DNA of 62,683 nt, filler included, from a bacterium (GCA_028719205.1; 3 parts of 3 records of this genome joined end to end with filler, not necessarily neighbours in it); one strand, 5' to 3'. Positions 10,415 to 20,396 are shown, numbered from the whole stretch's first letter. Program-made: numbers and translations. The notes: generated by a model from the letters alone, not told the origin.

Positions 10415-12400
10415 TTATATTAATGTCGCAACATCTAAAATCAGCGCGACTTTTCCATCGCCAAGTATGGTCGCTCCGGCAAATCCATGAATTCCTTTAA
10501 ATTCTTTAGACAACTGTTTTATTACTATATCCTGCTGGCTTAACAGCTTATCAACCACAATACCAAACTGTTTATTTTCAAATTCAACAATTACGATCTT
10601 AATTAGCGAATTGTGTGCCGCGGTCCGTGAATCGCTGTTCATATCACAGACTAAAGAAAAGAGATTTTCGAGCCTTATAATCGGGAGGACTTTGTTACGA
10701 TGCAGGATTGTTTCACTTGCTTCTATTTTTTTTATATCATTTTCTTTCGCGACAAGGATTTCAATTACGCTCGATATGGGAATAGCAAAAGTTTTTTGTA
10801 AAATTACAACCATTAACGCCTGAACAACCGCTGTGGTTATTGGAAGGCGCATTGTGATCTTCGCCCCAAGGCCGACATCAGATTCAATCACTACACTGCC
10901 GCCAAGGCTTTCTGTTTTCTGTTTAACAACATCAAGGCCTACACCTCGGCCTGAAATATCTGTTACCTCCTGTTTAGTGCTCAAACCCGGATGAGCGGTC
11001 AAGAGGAGGATATCTTCCTTATTCATGGATTTTAAATCTTCTTCTTTTATTATGCCCCGCTCTATAGCTATTTTTTTTATAACATCAGTATCAATTCCTT
11101 TACCATCGTCTTTTACTTCGATCAGCACATAACTCTTTTCCCTGCGCGCTGAAAGAACTATTGTACCTTCTTCCTGCTTACCTTTATTTTTGCGTACTTG
11201 CGGGCTTTCAATGCCGTGGTCTACTGAATTTTTCAGCAAATGGATAAGCGAATCGCCAATTTCATCCAATACACTCCGGTCTAATTCTATGTCCCCGCCT
11301 GTCACATCAAACTTTATCAATTTAGATTCTCTCTTAGCTAAATCCCTTACAAGCCTTGGAAAACGTTCAAATATCTGGTTCACCGGAACAAGCCGCGCCT
11401 GCATAACTTCCATCTGCAGGTCATCAATATGGCGATTGAAATCTTCTATAACGGATTTCAGGTCATTGTCCTGGAATCTTAAACCAATTTCCAGAAGCCG
11501 TAACTTGCTGATAGCTAATTCTTCCACAAGATTCATTAATTTATCCAGGCGTTTTATATCAACACGCACACTCTGGATCTTGCGCATTTGCCCGCTCTGC
11601 CCCGCAGCTTCTTTAATTTCTTTAGTATCATCAATGGAACTTTGCTTTACGTCCTTATTCCATAACGGATTTATCTGTATCTCATTAACTATTACTTTTT
11701 CGACATCCAATATTTCAAAAACATTTTTTTCCACAATGTCTTTTTTTTCTTTAGTAACAAATATACAGCTGAAACTCTCTCCAAACTTTTCTTCTTCAAG
11801 ATCCTGGCTGCTTGGTATTGACTTTATCACCTCGCCGATATTGTGAAGATTTCTGAATATCATAAACGCCCTTACGCTCTTAAGGACGCAATTCTTTTCC
11901 AAATAAATTTTAATATAATAAGATTGAAAACCTTCTGACTTTACCCTGGCTAAAGTCTTTTTTTCAAACTCATTAAGGCTGATCTCATCAGTTACTTTTT
12001 CTTCATTAAATTTTATCCGCTTTGTCATAGCCTTGTCCAGTTTATTGACAAGCGGTTGTATATCTTTCTTGATTTCTTTTTCTTCCTGAACATCTCTTAC
12101 CATGCTTTCAAGGCTGTCAAATGATTCAAATAACAAATTTACCAATTCCTCTGAAATCTGCAGGGTATTGTCCCGCGCCTGTGATAAAACATCCTCCATC
12201 TTGTGGGATAGATCCGCTATAAGGCTATACCCCATGCTTGCGGACATACTTTTAAGCGTATGCGCCGACCTGAAGATCGTGTTTAACGCGTCTGTATTTT
12301 TAGGGTCTTTTTCTATAATAAGCAGATTTTTATTCATTTCCTGCAAAAACTCGCCCGATTCCTGAATATATAATTTTTTATATTCGTTCTGTTTTTCCAT
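10415..12400 (-). CDS. cheA: Chemotaxis histidine kinase CheA (P1-P2-P3-P4-P5)
   Basis: IFRSAHTLKS, SVRVDIKRLDKLMNLV, HLLKNSVDHGIE, SGRGVGLDVV, GATILGDGKVALILD. Confidence 0.97.
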   Translation of the reverse strand: MEKQNEYKKLYIQESGEFLQEMNKNLLIIEKDPKNTDALNTIFRSAHTLKSMSASMGYSLIADLSHKMEDVLSQARDNTLQISEELVNLLFESFDSLESMVRDVQEEKEIKKDIQPLVNKLDKAMTKRIKFNEEKVTDEISLNEFEKKTLARVKSEGFQSYYIKIYLEKNCVLKSVRAFMIFRNLHNIGEVIKSIPSSQDLEEEKFGESFSCIFVTKEKKDIVEKNVFEILDVEKVIVNEIQINPLWNKDVKQSSIDDTKEIKEAAGQSGQMRKIQSVRVDIKRLDKLMNLVEELAISKLRLLEIGLRFQDNDLKSVIEDFNRHIDDLQMEVMQARLVPVNQIFERFPRLVRDLAKRESKLIKFDVTGGDIELDRSVLDEIGDSLIHLLKNSVDHGIESPQVRKNKGKQEEGTIVLSARREKSYVLIEVKDDGKGIDTDVIKKIAIERGIIKEEDLKSMNKEDILLLTAHPGLSTKQEVTDISGRGVGLDVVKQKTESLGGSVVIESDVGLGAKITMRLPITTAVVQALMVVILQKTFAIPISSVIEILVAKENDIKKIEASETILHRNKVLPIIRLENLFSLVCDMNSDSRTAAHNSLIKIVIVEFENKQFGIVVDKLLSQQDIVIKQLSKEFKGIHGFAGATILGDGKVALILDVATLI

Positions 12401-12414
12401 TTTATCCCCGTAAA

Positions 12415-13464
12415 TTAAACTTTCACTAATTTTTCCATCTCTCTAGCCATTAGATGTAAAGGAACAATTCTGTCCGCCAGGCCCGCTTCTACTACCGATC
12501 GCGGCATGCCATAAACGATACAGCTTGATTTATCCTCAGCTAAAACCATGCCTCCCGCGGTTTTAATTGCCTGCGCGCCGAATGTTCCGTCAGTGCCCAT
12601 TCCGGTAAGAATAATACCGACAGTTTTTTGTTTAAAATTTTTTGCCACGGATCCCATCATTATATTCGCGCATGGCTTCACGCCAAGCTGAGCGGGTTTA
12701 TCGCTTAAAATTACATGCGGATTGTTTTCTCCTCCCTCAACTTCCATATGTATTCCCCCGCGGGCTATTATAACCTGCGCGGGTTTTATGGGCATCTGGT
12801 CTTGCGCCTCCAGGATACTGATTTTTGACTGCCAATTCAGCCTTTCGGAAAAACTTTTTGTAAAACCCACCGGCATATGCTGTACTACCAGAACTGCGGC
12901 AGGCAAATCCGCACTTAGAAGAGGTAAAATTGTTGACAATGCCTGAGCACCTCCCGTTGAAGAAGCAATCGCAAAAACCTTAATAATAGAAGACGGTTTT
13001 TTAATAATTTCCCTGCTCTCTTTTGCCTTCTCAGCCCAAATTAACTTTAACTTTTCAATAGGAACCTTTGACGCCAGCTTCACTTTTTCAATTATTTCTT
13101 TGCTTATTTTTGTAATATCAGGCGAGATCACGCCTCCCGGTTTGCAAATAAAATCTATTGCCCCAAACTCAAGAGCGCGTATGGTCTCCTCAGAACCCTC
13201 CTTTGTAAACGCGCTGATCATAACGCACGGAACAGGGCACTCGCTCATTATATAACCTAAAGTGTCTAAGCCGTTTAAAACCGGCATTTCTACATCTAAA
13301 GTAACAACATCCGGCTTCTGGTCATGAATAGCATCTATAGCTTCTTTACCGTCTTTCGCTATAGCGACTACTTCTATTTCAGGATCGCTTTGAAGTATTT
13401 CGCTTATCTTCTTGCGCATCAGAGCACTGTCATCAGCAATTACTACCCTTATTTTTTTATTCAT
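12415..13464 (-). CDS. cheB: Chemotaxis methylesterase CheB
   Basis: REC (DDS, TLDVEMP) plus SSTGG, QHMP, LTGMGTDG, YGMP. Confidence 0.97.
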   Translation of the reverse strand: MNKKIRVVIADDSALMRKKISEILQSDPEIEVVAIAKDGKEAIDAIHDQKPDVVTLDVEMPVLNGLDTLGYIMSECPVPCVMISAFTKEGSEETIRALEFGAIDFICKPGGVISPDITKISKEIIEKVKLASKVPIEKLKLIWAEKAKESREIIKKPSSIIKVFAIASSTGGAQALSTILPLLSADLPAAVLVVQHMPVGFTKSFSERLNWQSKISILEAQDQMPIKPAQVIIARGGIHMEVEGGENNPHVILSDKPAQLGVKPCANIMMGSVAKNFKQKTVGIILTGMGTDGTFGAQAIKTAGGMVLAEDKSSCIVYGMPRSVVEAGLADRIVPLHLMAREMEKLVKV

Positions 13465-13497
13465 TATTACTCCCGTAATTCATGCCGCTTGTTAAAA

Positions 13498-13986
13498 TCA
13501 TATTTCCTTAACTCCATGCACTATTGATCTAATTTTTAGTTTACCGGTTGAGGTATCCAGAATGATAGTCCTTCCGATTGAACCGCCGGTCTCCTCAGCA
13601 ATAAGCGGAATTTCAAGTTCCTTAAGTTTCTTCTTTGCCGCGTCTACATTTCGCTTGCCGATGGACAATGAATTATCTCTTATTATATTCGGGAACATAT
13701 TAGCTCCGCCTGCAATTTTTGCTTTAATAAACCTTTTATCGGCGCCAAGTTTTATAATTTGTGTTAAAAGCATATCAATAGATGAATTCACAAATTTCGC
13801 AGGGTTATTGCGTAAACTTTCCTTCATATTGTTTCCATCCGGCAGCATAGCATGCGCAAGGCCTCCCAATTTGGCATAATTTTCATATAAAACTATTCCC
13901 ACACAGGAACCTAACGCCCGGGTTTCAATATTATCAGGGCTCTTAACTACAGCCAATTGAGCCATATTTACGCGTATTGTCGCCAT
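13498..13986 (-). CDS. cheD: Chemoreceptor glutamine deamidase CheD
   Basis: ALGSCVG, AHAMLP, KIAGGANMF, IGKRN, ETGGSIGR. Confidence 0.95.
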   Translation of the reverse strand: MATIRVNMAQLAVVKSPDNIETRALGSCVGIVLYENYAKLGGLAHAMLPDGNNMKESLRNNPAKFVNSSIDMLLTQIIKLGADKRFIKAKIAGGANMFPNIIRDNSLSIGKRNVDAAKKKLKELEIPLIAEETGGSIGRTIILDTSTGKLKIRSIVHGVKEI

Positions 13987-14002
13987 AAAAACTCCTATGA
14001 GA

Positions 14003-14374
14003 TCATTTCAACGCTCTTTCAACCGCGCTTAACACACGCGAAGATTCAAATGGCTTTACGATAAAATCCTTGGCACCCGCCTGGATCGCTTCAACAACCA
14101 GCTGCTGCTGGCCCATAGCGCTTACCATAACTATTTTAGCCTTTTCATCATGTTTAATAATTTCTTTTACAGATTCAATTCCCCCCATTTCAGGCATAAT
14201 AATATCCATAGTTACAATATCCGGTTTCACTTTTTTATATTGTTCCATACCTTCTTTGCCATTCGCAGCTTCTCCCGCGACTTCATAACCGCCCTCTGTT
14301 AAAATATCAGTCAACATCCTCCGCATAAACACCGCGTCATCCACCACCAGCACTTTTCCTTTTGTCTTTGCCAT
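14003..14374 (-). CDS. cheY: Chemotaxis response regulator CheY (F1/Firmicutes-archaeal type)
   Basis: VDDAVFMR, TMDIIMP, VSAMGQQ, FIVKPF; position in che operon. Confidence 0.93.
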   Translation of the reverse strand: MAKTKGKVLVVDDAVFMRRMLTDILTEGGYEVAGEAANGKEGMEQYKKVKPDIVTMDIIMPEMGGIESVKEIIKHDEKAKIVMVSAMGQQQLVVEAIQAGAKDFIVKPFESSRVLSAVERALK

Positions 14375-14423
14375 TTTTTCACCTCCTTAATTTCGTGATT
14401 TTTAAAAATTCAATGTTTATAAT

Positions 14424-14918
14424 TTACTCTTTGACTGCTTCTTTTACTTTTTTAATTTCTTCATGGCTCAGTATCCTGTCAACGTCAAGCAGAATAACTA
14501 ACCTGTTCTCCAGTTTTCCGACTCCTTTTATAAATTCCGAATGTATCTGTGTTTCGATCATCTCAGGCGCGGGATCAATACTTTCCTCCGGGATCCTTAA
14601 TACCTCCGGTACTTCATCTACAATCAGGCCTACCGTATTATCCTTAACTTCCGCTACAATTATCCTGGCCTTATCAGTAAGCTTAATCTCTTTCAGCCCA
14701 AACCTTTTGGCTAAATTCATTACAGCTATGATCTGACCGCGAAGGTTAATAACACCCATAATAAATTCCGGCGCGCTTGGTATAGAGGTTATATCCTGCA
14801 TTCTTATAATCTCTTTTATCTGTGAAATATCCACTCCAAACTCCTCACCTGCCATAAAAAATATTACAAGCTGTTTTTCTTTCACACTTTTTTTTTGCTC
14901 TTTTTTTTGGTCAGCCAT
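14424..14918 (-). CDS. cheW: Coupling protein CheW
   Basis: GVINLRGQII, VGLIVDEV, LVILLDVD. Confidence 0.96.
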   Translation of the reverse strand: MADQKKEQKKSVKEKQLVIFFMAGEEFGVDISQIKEIIRMQDITSIPSAPEFIMGVINLRGQIIAVMNLAKRFGLKEIKLTDKARIIVAEVKDNTVGLIVDEVPEVLRIPEESIDPAPEMIETQIHSEFIKGVGKLENRLVILLDVDRILSHEEIKKVKEAVKE

Positions 14919-14990
14919 TCTCCGCTCCTTTCATTACTCAACCATCGGATTTTCTTTCCAACAGTCATTTCCATTATAGCTTATCCTTAC

Positions 14991-15818
14991 TTATTTTTTA
15001 ACATAAATTCTATTTTTCGAGTCATATTCGATAAACCTATCTGTCATATGGACGGGAATCGATTCAACTCTGCCTAAGATCAAAAAACCGCCTTTATTTA
15101 ATGAACTTAAGAGCCGCTCAAGGATATGCTCCTGAAGTTTGCGGGAAAAATATATAAAAACATTACGGCATAAGATCATATCCATATTTTTCAAAGGAAC
15201 ATCCGCGATAATATCATTATAATAAAATTTCATATAATCCGGCCATCCTTCGCGGATCCAGTACCGTTTATTTCCTATATCATAAAAATATTTATTAATG
15301 AGCGATTTTTTTTGCGCTGATAAATTTTTAAATTGACAATCCTCGTATACCCCTTCTTTTGCCTTGGCAAGCACCCTGTTGTCGATGTCAGTCCCAAAAA
15401 TTGTTAATCCATAATTTGCTATTTCCTTATTCAAAATTTCCGCGAAAAGCATTAAAACCGAATACGCCTCTTCACCTGAAGAACAGGCACAACTCCATAC
15501 GCGGACCGGATTTGACCCCATTTTTTTTTTTGAGATCAGCTCAGGAATTACATTTTTTTCTATCGCGTCAAACACAGGCGTGTCCCGAAAAAATTCGGTC
15601 ACATTTATGGTCATTACATCCATTAAATTATCTATTTCTTCCGGATGCAATTTCAAATAATAATAATATTGTTCAAATCCCCCCGTTTTGGTGCTTCTTA
15701 CACGCGCCATTACCCGCCGGGAAAGAAGATTCTCCCTGTATTGTGAAAAATCAAGATTGCGTTCTTCTTTAATTTTCTCAAGAATATTTTGTAAATAAGG
15801 ACCCTTTTCTGAAATCAT
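14991..15818 (-). CDS. cheR: CheR methyltransferase (first copy; start taken at ATG 15818)
   Basis: [36 protein letters not shown]. Confidence 0.93.
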   Translation of the reverse strand: MISEKGPYLQNILEKIKEERNLDFSQYRENLLSRRVMARVRSTKTGGFEQYYYYLKLHPEEIDNLMDVMTINVTEFFRDTPVFDAIEKNVIPELISKKKMGSNPVRVWSCACSSGEEAYSVLMLFAEILNKEIANYGLTIFGTDIDNRVLAKAKEGVYEDCQFKNLSAQKKSLINKYFYDIGNKRYWIREGWPDYMKFYYNDIIADVPLKNMDMILCRNVFIYFSRKLQEHILERLLSSLNKGGFLILGRVESIPVHMTDRFIEYDSKNRIYVKK

Positions 15819-15822
15819 TTTT

Positions 15823-16293
15823 TTATATCTTTTTTTCCTTGTTATCCGTCGGCCATGCATTCAACCCAACCATCTCGTACATCTTAGAAAAACAAAAATC
15901 CGCGAAGATCCTTCGCGCGTCTTTATTCACGGCATCAAATAATATCCCAAATTCATACAAACCGCTTTCCGTTCTTTCCAGCCTTACTATTCTTCCTTCC
16001 AGAGTCAAGACCGCTGATTCAAACTCATCCAAAAGTATCTCAAGCTGCACCCTGGAGTTTATCGGGATATTTTCAGTCGTTAATAAAAGGCACCCGTTTA
16101 CAGAAATATTTTTTGCCGCCACAGATAATTCATTAACATTTTTACTGCCGCCGGTTTCATTAATAAGCTTGTACCTTACTTTTAGAGGCAAATCCAGACG
16201 AGCGCATTTTCTTTGTTCGTTAAAATCATCACTATTAACAGCATGTTTTAAAACGCTCTTGATATCTGCTGTTTTAAATTTAATTTTATCCAT
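15823..16293 (-). CDS. Stand-alone PilZ-domain protein
   Basis: RKCAR (RxxxR) and NISVNG (N-x-S-x-x-G), GRIVR, YEFGILF. Confidence 0.9.
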   Translation of the reverse strand: MDKIKFKTADIKSVLKHAVNSDDFNEQRKCARLDLPLKVRYKLINETGGSKNVNELSVAAKNISVNGCLLLTTENIPINSRVQLEILLDEFESAVLTLEGRIVRLERTESGLYEFGILFDAVNKDARRIFADFCFSKMYEMVGLNAWPTDNKEKKI

Positions 16294-16311
16294 GTCTGCC
16301 TCCTAGTATAT

Positions 16312-16333
16312 GTCACCAGTCACCGCGTCATCA
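16312..16333. repeat. Three degenerate 7-8-nt tandem repeats between comFB and pilZ
   Basis: GTCACCA GTCACCGC GTCATCA. Confidence 0.4.
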
Positions 16334-16343
16334 GAAAAAAGAC

Positions 16344-16676
16344 TTAATTCTTTTTTCTCTTTGGCGAACTAGTGTGATGTTGCCTCGTTGCCTTTAAAGT
16401 TTGCGTTTTTTTCTTATGTCTTGGATATTTTTTAACTATTTTTAGGGCCTTTGCGATCTCGCTCACAATATCCGTTTTAAATTGAATTTCCACTGCTTTT
16501 AGTTTCTTATAAGCCCTGCCTACATCTGAAACACAATACATAGGCGGAAGATTATTCAACGCCAGGGATATTGTATCCAATCTGCATCTTTCACAATTAC
16601 AATATTTTTTACTATAAGCCAATATTTGATCCAAAGTTTCCATTACCAACTCTTCCATATAATTCCTGTATTCCAT
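16344..16676 (-). CDS. ComFB-family protein (cyclic dinucleotide receptor family)
   Basis: NYMEELV, CNCERCRLD, ALNNLPPMY, IVKKYPRH. Confidence 0.9.
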   Translation of the reverse strand: MEYRNYMEELVMETLDQILAYSKKYCNCERCRLDTISLALNNLPPMYCVSDVGRAYKKLKAVEIQFKTDIVSEIAKALKIVKKYPRHKKKTQTLKATRQHHTSSPKRKKN

Positions 16677-16693
16677 AATTTTCTCCTATGTTT

Positions 16694-16727
16694 AAAAGCA
16701 AAAAGCCTGATTTTAAAAAAATCAGGC
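16694..16727 (-). terminator. Intrinsic terminator-like hairpin just upstream of the comFB RBS
   Basis: Minus strand GCCTGATTTT-TTT-AAAATCAGGC followed by TTTTTGCTTTT. Confidence 0.6.
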
Positions 16728-16744
16728 CCCGCTAATACCTTACT

Positions 16745-16798
16745 TCAAAAAACATTTCCGAACAATATAAGATTTCCATACTTTAAAAGATTTACCAT
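16745..16798 (-). CDS. Possible 17-aa leader peptide MVNLLKYGNLILFGNVF
   Basis: AGGA then ATG at 16798, TGA at 16745; lies between sigma28-like promoter and terminator. Confidence 0.25.
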   Translation of the reverse strand: MVNLLKYGNLILFGNVF

Positions 16799-16808
16799 TG
16801 TAATCCTA

Positions 16809-16836
16809 TTATCGGCATTTCATATTTTTTGTTTTA
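16809..16836 (-). promoter_or_regulatory. Sigma28 (FliA/SigD)-type promoter for comFB-pilZ-che
   Basis: TAAA-N16-GCCGATAA, matching the sigma28 consensus. Confidence 0.7.
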
Positions 16837-16945
16837 AGCAAATATATTAATTTTTAATTATTTCATAAATTCCTGCAGTCTTTCAGGCATTTGAATATCT
16901 CATTCCGGTTTGAAACTGAAAAAGCGGTAAGGACCGTACGACCCG

Positions 16946-18640
16946 TTAAATACTTTTTAACTTAAACTTTCCGACCATATCTTTTAATTCAACAGCTGTC
17001 CGCGCTACTTCCTGAGCCGAAGCTGACATCTCCTGCATTGACGCGGTCTGTTCTTCGACAGAGGCCGAAACCTGCTCGATCGTAGAGGAGGATTCTTTAG
17101 CAATTGAAGCAACTTCATTAACCGCTTTGGCCACACGTTCCGTATCCTTAACCTGCTCCTGGCCGCTCTGTTCAATTTCGCGGGTAAGTACATTTGCCTC
17201 ATTAGCCACTTTATTAAGATCTATTAACATCTCCATGATCTTAGAAACCTGAATTTTACCTTCCTGCATCTCTTTTGAGTTCAATTCTATCGCTTCAACA
17301 GCGTGGTTAGTTTCTGCCTGAATAGACTTGATCAACCCTCCGATTTCTCTTACCGCTTCAGCCGAACCTTCCGCTAATTTTCTGACTTCCTCCGCCACCA
17401 CCGCGAAGCCCCTGCCCATCTCACCCGCGCGGGCCGCTTCTATAGCCGCGTTTAACGCCAGTAAATTCGTCTGGTCGGCGATTTTGGTGATCGTTTCCGT
17501 GATTTCTCCGATCTGCTGAGATTTGTCTCCCAAACCGCGTATCACTTCCGCGGTATTTGTAATAGCCTTGTTAAGAATACCTATTTTATCAACTGTTTCA
17601 CTGGTCAAAGTACGGCCGTTTTCGGCGCGGGTTGAAGTTTGGTTTACCGTAACACCGGTAGACTGGGCCTTGGTAACCATCTGTTTTATCGTTATCGCTG
17701 CTTTTTCCGAAAGCCCGAAGGCTTCTTCAATACGTTCAAACTGGGTAGCCGCCCCTTTAGACACATGCTGTATCGCGCTGGAAATCTCCTCAATTGAAGC
17801 GTTCATCTCCTCGGCGGAAGAAGAAAGCTCTTCGCTTGAGCTTGCCACTTTTTCCGCGTTAACACGAATATTCATCACCATATCATGCATTGATTCTATA
17901 ATTTTATTAAAGGCCTCGGACAACTGGCCTATTTCGTCATTAGAGGATACCCCTATCCTCTGTGTAAGATCACCGGCCCGCGATGCCAAAGTGACCGCCG
18001 CAGCCTTAAGTTTGTCTATCGGGTTAGTTATAGTAAATCTGATAAAAGCAAACACCACCAAAATAGTTACCAGCAGGCACACCCCCGCTATCAAAATACT
18101 TAAGAAAGTTATATTTTTTATCAAAGCTTCTATCCTGTTACTTGAATATCCCAGTACGATCTCTCCGATACCTTTTTCCTCTTTGATTATAGGTATCCGT
18201 ATCTCATGCAATTTTAAATCCTTTACATCAACATCAGAAACAATATATTTCCCTGAAAGCAATTCTTTTGTATTTTTACCGACAGGCAAACGGAAATTTG
18301 GATCCTTCAACCTGTTGGCGGTTGTTACCTGCTGATCTTTCCTTACAATGACCGCGTAATAAATATCATCCTGTTTGTCAACAGTTATTTCACAAGGTGT
18401 ATTTAATATTTTAATTATCTCAGGTGAAAATTCATCTGAAATAGAAATAACGGAATTTAAAGGGCCCGCTACCACAGCGCTTAAGTTTTCCCCCACGGAA
18501 ACAATACGCTCGGAAAATTCTTTGTTCATATTATTTCTGAAGATCATCAAATAAAATATCATTAGAACAGCAATAGAAATAACCAGTGTACCGCTAACCA
18601 ATAATCCGATCTTCTTTCCAAGCGAAAAAAATTTTTTCAT
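16946..18640 (-). CDS. Methyl-accepting chemotaxis protein (TM-periplasmic domain-TM-HAMP-signalling)
   Basis: [65 protein letters not shown] methylation sites. Confidence 0.96.
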   Translation of the reverse strand: MKKFFSLGKKIGLLVSGTLVISIAVLMIFYLMIFRNNMNKEFSERIVSVGENLSAVVAGPLNSVISISDEFSPEIIKILNTPCEITVDKQDDIYYAVIVRKDQQVTTANRLKDPNFRLPVGKNTKELLSGKYIVSDVDVKDLKLHEIRIPIIKEEKGIGEIVLGYSSNRIEALIKNITFLSILIAGVCLLVTILVVFAFIRFTITNPIDKLKAAAVTLASRAGDLTQRIGVSSNDEIGQLSEAFNKIIESMHDMVMNIRVNAEKVASSSEELSSSAEEMNASIEEISSAIQHVSKGAATQFERIEEAFGLSEKAAITIKQMVTKAQSTGVTVNQTSTRAENGRTLTSETVDKIGILNKAITNTAEVIRGLGDKSQQIGEITETITKIADQTNLLALNAAIEAARAGEMGRGFAVVAEEVRKLAEGSAEAVREIGGLIKSIQAETNHAVEAIELNSKEMQEGKIQVSKIMEMLIDLNKVANEANVLTREIEQSGQEQVKDTERVAKAVNEVASIAKESSSTIEQVSASVEEQTASMQEMSASAQEVARTAVELKDMVGKFKLKSI

Positions 18641-18658
18641 AAAAATAACCTTTACCTG

Positions 18659-19114
18659 CTATTCGTTTATTAATAAAATAACCTTAATCCCCTCAACACC
18701 TTTTACCTCACTTTCCAGAACATACCCGATACCGGTTTTCTCCTTCTGGACAAAAGATATTATATCCTTTGAATTATCAATGGCTTTCGGAATATCTGAC
18801 CCGGACTCAAGCGAAAATCTTACCCAGTAGCTTTGATATTCACTCACGCGCATCCCGCATATTTTTTTTAGAAACCTCTCAAGTATCGACTTATCCTTAT
18901 GGTTGGCTGCTTTAATAGCGGAACCCTTCCAGTACTTCACCTTTCCCACATAGATATCTTTAATATCTTTTATCTCGGGATTTTCCTTCTCCGAAAATAC
19001 AGGGGACTCGCTATTAACAATTACAGCGATATTTTCCACGGCAGCTTTTTCTGCAAAGGCTGATACGTGAACACATAAAATTATGAACGCGCATAAAACT
19101 ATTATTTTTTTCAT
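18659..19114 (-). CDS. Small exported periplasmic-binding-protein-like protein (PstS/PBP2-like half domain)
   Basis: Signal peptide (SAFA), IAVIVN..P, IY.G...W, FVQKEKTGIGYV. Confidence 0.7.
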   Translation of the reverse strand: MKKIIVLCAFIILCVHVSAFAEKAAVENIAVIVNSESPVFSEKENPEIKDIKDIYVGKVKYWKGSAIKAANHKDKSILERFLKKICGMRVSEYQSYWVRFSLESGSDIPKAIDNSKDIISFVQKEKTGIGYVLESEVKGVEGIKVILLINE

Positions 19115-19130
19115 TTTATTTCCTTGTCTT

Positions 19131-19174
19131 ACCTCTCCTTCCCCTCCTTGGCAAGAAGGGAATTATGGGGTGGT
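19131..19174. repeat. Degenerate REP-like imperfect inverted repeat between porin and PBP genes
   Basis: ACCTCTCC..CCCCTCCTT-GGC-AAGAAGGGA..GGGGTGGT. Confidence 0.35.
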
Positions 19175-20352
19175 TAAAATGATGCTGCCAAACCTACTGA
19201 CATTCTGTAATAACCTAATTCTCTTTTCGTCTTGACATAATCAGTTTCAATTTTTAACAATGTCTGCCACGGAAGTATTTGATACGCGAATCCATAAGTA
19301 TAATATCTTGTTTTGAATTCCGGGGCACTTTTATCCGGGGCCCAGATCTGATACTGCAAAAACGGGATCCAATTTTCACCCACGTTATATTTTGTCATTA
19401 CATAAAAAGCTCTCATATTCACACCATTTTTATCCGAATTCGCGAGCTCAGAGGTAATACCCAGGTCATAAGCGTTATACTCCGCGGAAAACGCGTTGGT
19501 ATACTGTTTGATAAAATTCTCGCTTGATACCAGGGAAGGCAGTATATAATCATAATTTATACTCTGCAATTTATATTTATCATGGTTATGTGAATACATC
19601 ATTTTAAGATTAGTCTGCCCAAGAGGGAGGTCATATCCAATTCTGCAGCCTAAAGCTTTAGATTCATTGTCATCCTTATACGCGCCGCCTACTTCAACCA
19701 GTTGAGCATTACGCTCATCATGACAATTACTGCATTGGGTAGCCTCATTCCTCACTATATGCGCGGGGCTGACCGCCTTACCGTTTGCCACATAAAGATC
19801 ATAGGTGAATTGGCCCTTCTCGCCCAGGATCCAGGCTCCCTGAGAATACCTTTGAAATAAGTTAGCATCACTATCAGTGTTGCTTCCCCGGGTATATAAA
19901 GAATACCTGCCCGGCTGGTCTAAAGTCGGATAGGTAGGTACCGCGAACTGCATGGTATTCCAAAGGCCGAACGGTGTGGCAAATTTTCCGGCCCGGATCT
20001 TAAACCATTCTTTGGCGGTAAATGTAATATATGCGTCATTAATGTTTATTTGTCCGGACGAACGCGAGTCTAAAGTTCTTAAGGCCGTAATAGCATAATA
20101 AGGGGCATGTTCAAACACGATCTGGCTATATACGTCTATTTTATCACTTAGCGTGAATTTAGGTATAAGCGCTAACACGAATGGATCAAATGTTGAATTA
20201 GGATTAGGCCCGTGCTTAGTTTCACTTATATAATTCCAGCCGAAATAACCGTGCCAGGTCAATTTTTGAAATTCCTGCGCGTGGATCTCAAGCCCTGAAA
20301 AACCGCAAATAAAAAAGGCCAGAAAAACTAATCTTATCTTTGAAATTTTCAT
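19174..20352 (-). CDS. Outer-membrane beta-barrel porin with an internal CxxCH heme-binding motif
   Basis: Signal peptide, amphipathic aromatic strands, IRAGKFATPFG, C-terminal Phe (GLAASF); CSNCH at residues 207-211. Confidence 0.8.
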   Translation of the reverse strand: MKISKIRLVFLAFFICGFSGLEIHAQEFQKLTWHGYFGWNYISETKHGPNPNSTFDPFVLALIPKFTLSDKIDVYSQIVFEHAPYYAITALRTLDSRSSGQININDAYITFTAKEWFKIRAGKFATPFGLWNTMQFAVPTYPTLDQPGRYSLYTRGSNTDSDANLFQRYSQGAWILGEKGQFTYDLYVANGKAVSPAHIVRNEATQCSNCHDERNAQLVEVGGAYKDDNESKALGCRIGYDLPLGQTNLKMMYSHNHDKYKLQSINYDYILPSLVSSENFIKQYTNAFSAEYNAYDLGITSELANSDKNGVNMRAFYVMTKYNVGENWIPFLQYQIWAPDKSAPEFKTRYYTYGFAYQILPWQTLLKIETDYVKTKRELGYYRMSVGLAASF

Positions 20353-20396
20353 TTTTTCTCCTCTTATAACCTATGCCCCATATCCTTTTATATTAA

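Noticed and set aside
14942-14969. Sigma28 promoter before cheW (TCCGATGG)
   Set aside because: Poor -10 match and no TAAA-like -35 at a suitable spacing
16915-16940. Terminator after the MCP (CGGT-CCTT-ACCG then CTTTTT)
   Set aside because: Only a 4-bp stem; too weak to call
16677-16945. c-di-GMP-I/II riboswitch in the che leader
   Set aside because: No GEMM-like GGCAAA/GAAA tetraloop-receptor pattern recognised by eye; an Infernal search would be needed to exclude it
17523-18335. Long antisense ORFs (17523-18335, 11190-11846, 32695-33561, 43525-44160 and similar)
   Set aside because: Shadows of well-supported genes on the opposite strand, with no recognisable motifs
19174-20352. Calling the heme-porin Cyc2 or MtrB
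   Set aside because: The CxxCH is mid-protein, not N-terminal as in Cyc2, and 392 aa is much shorter than MtrB
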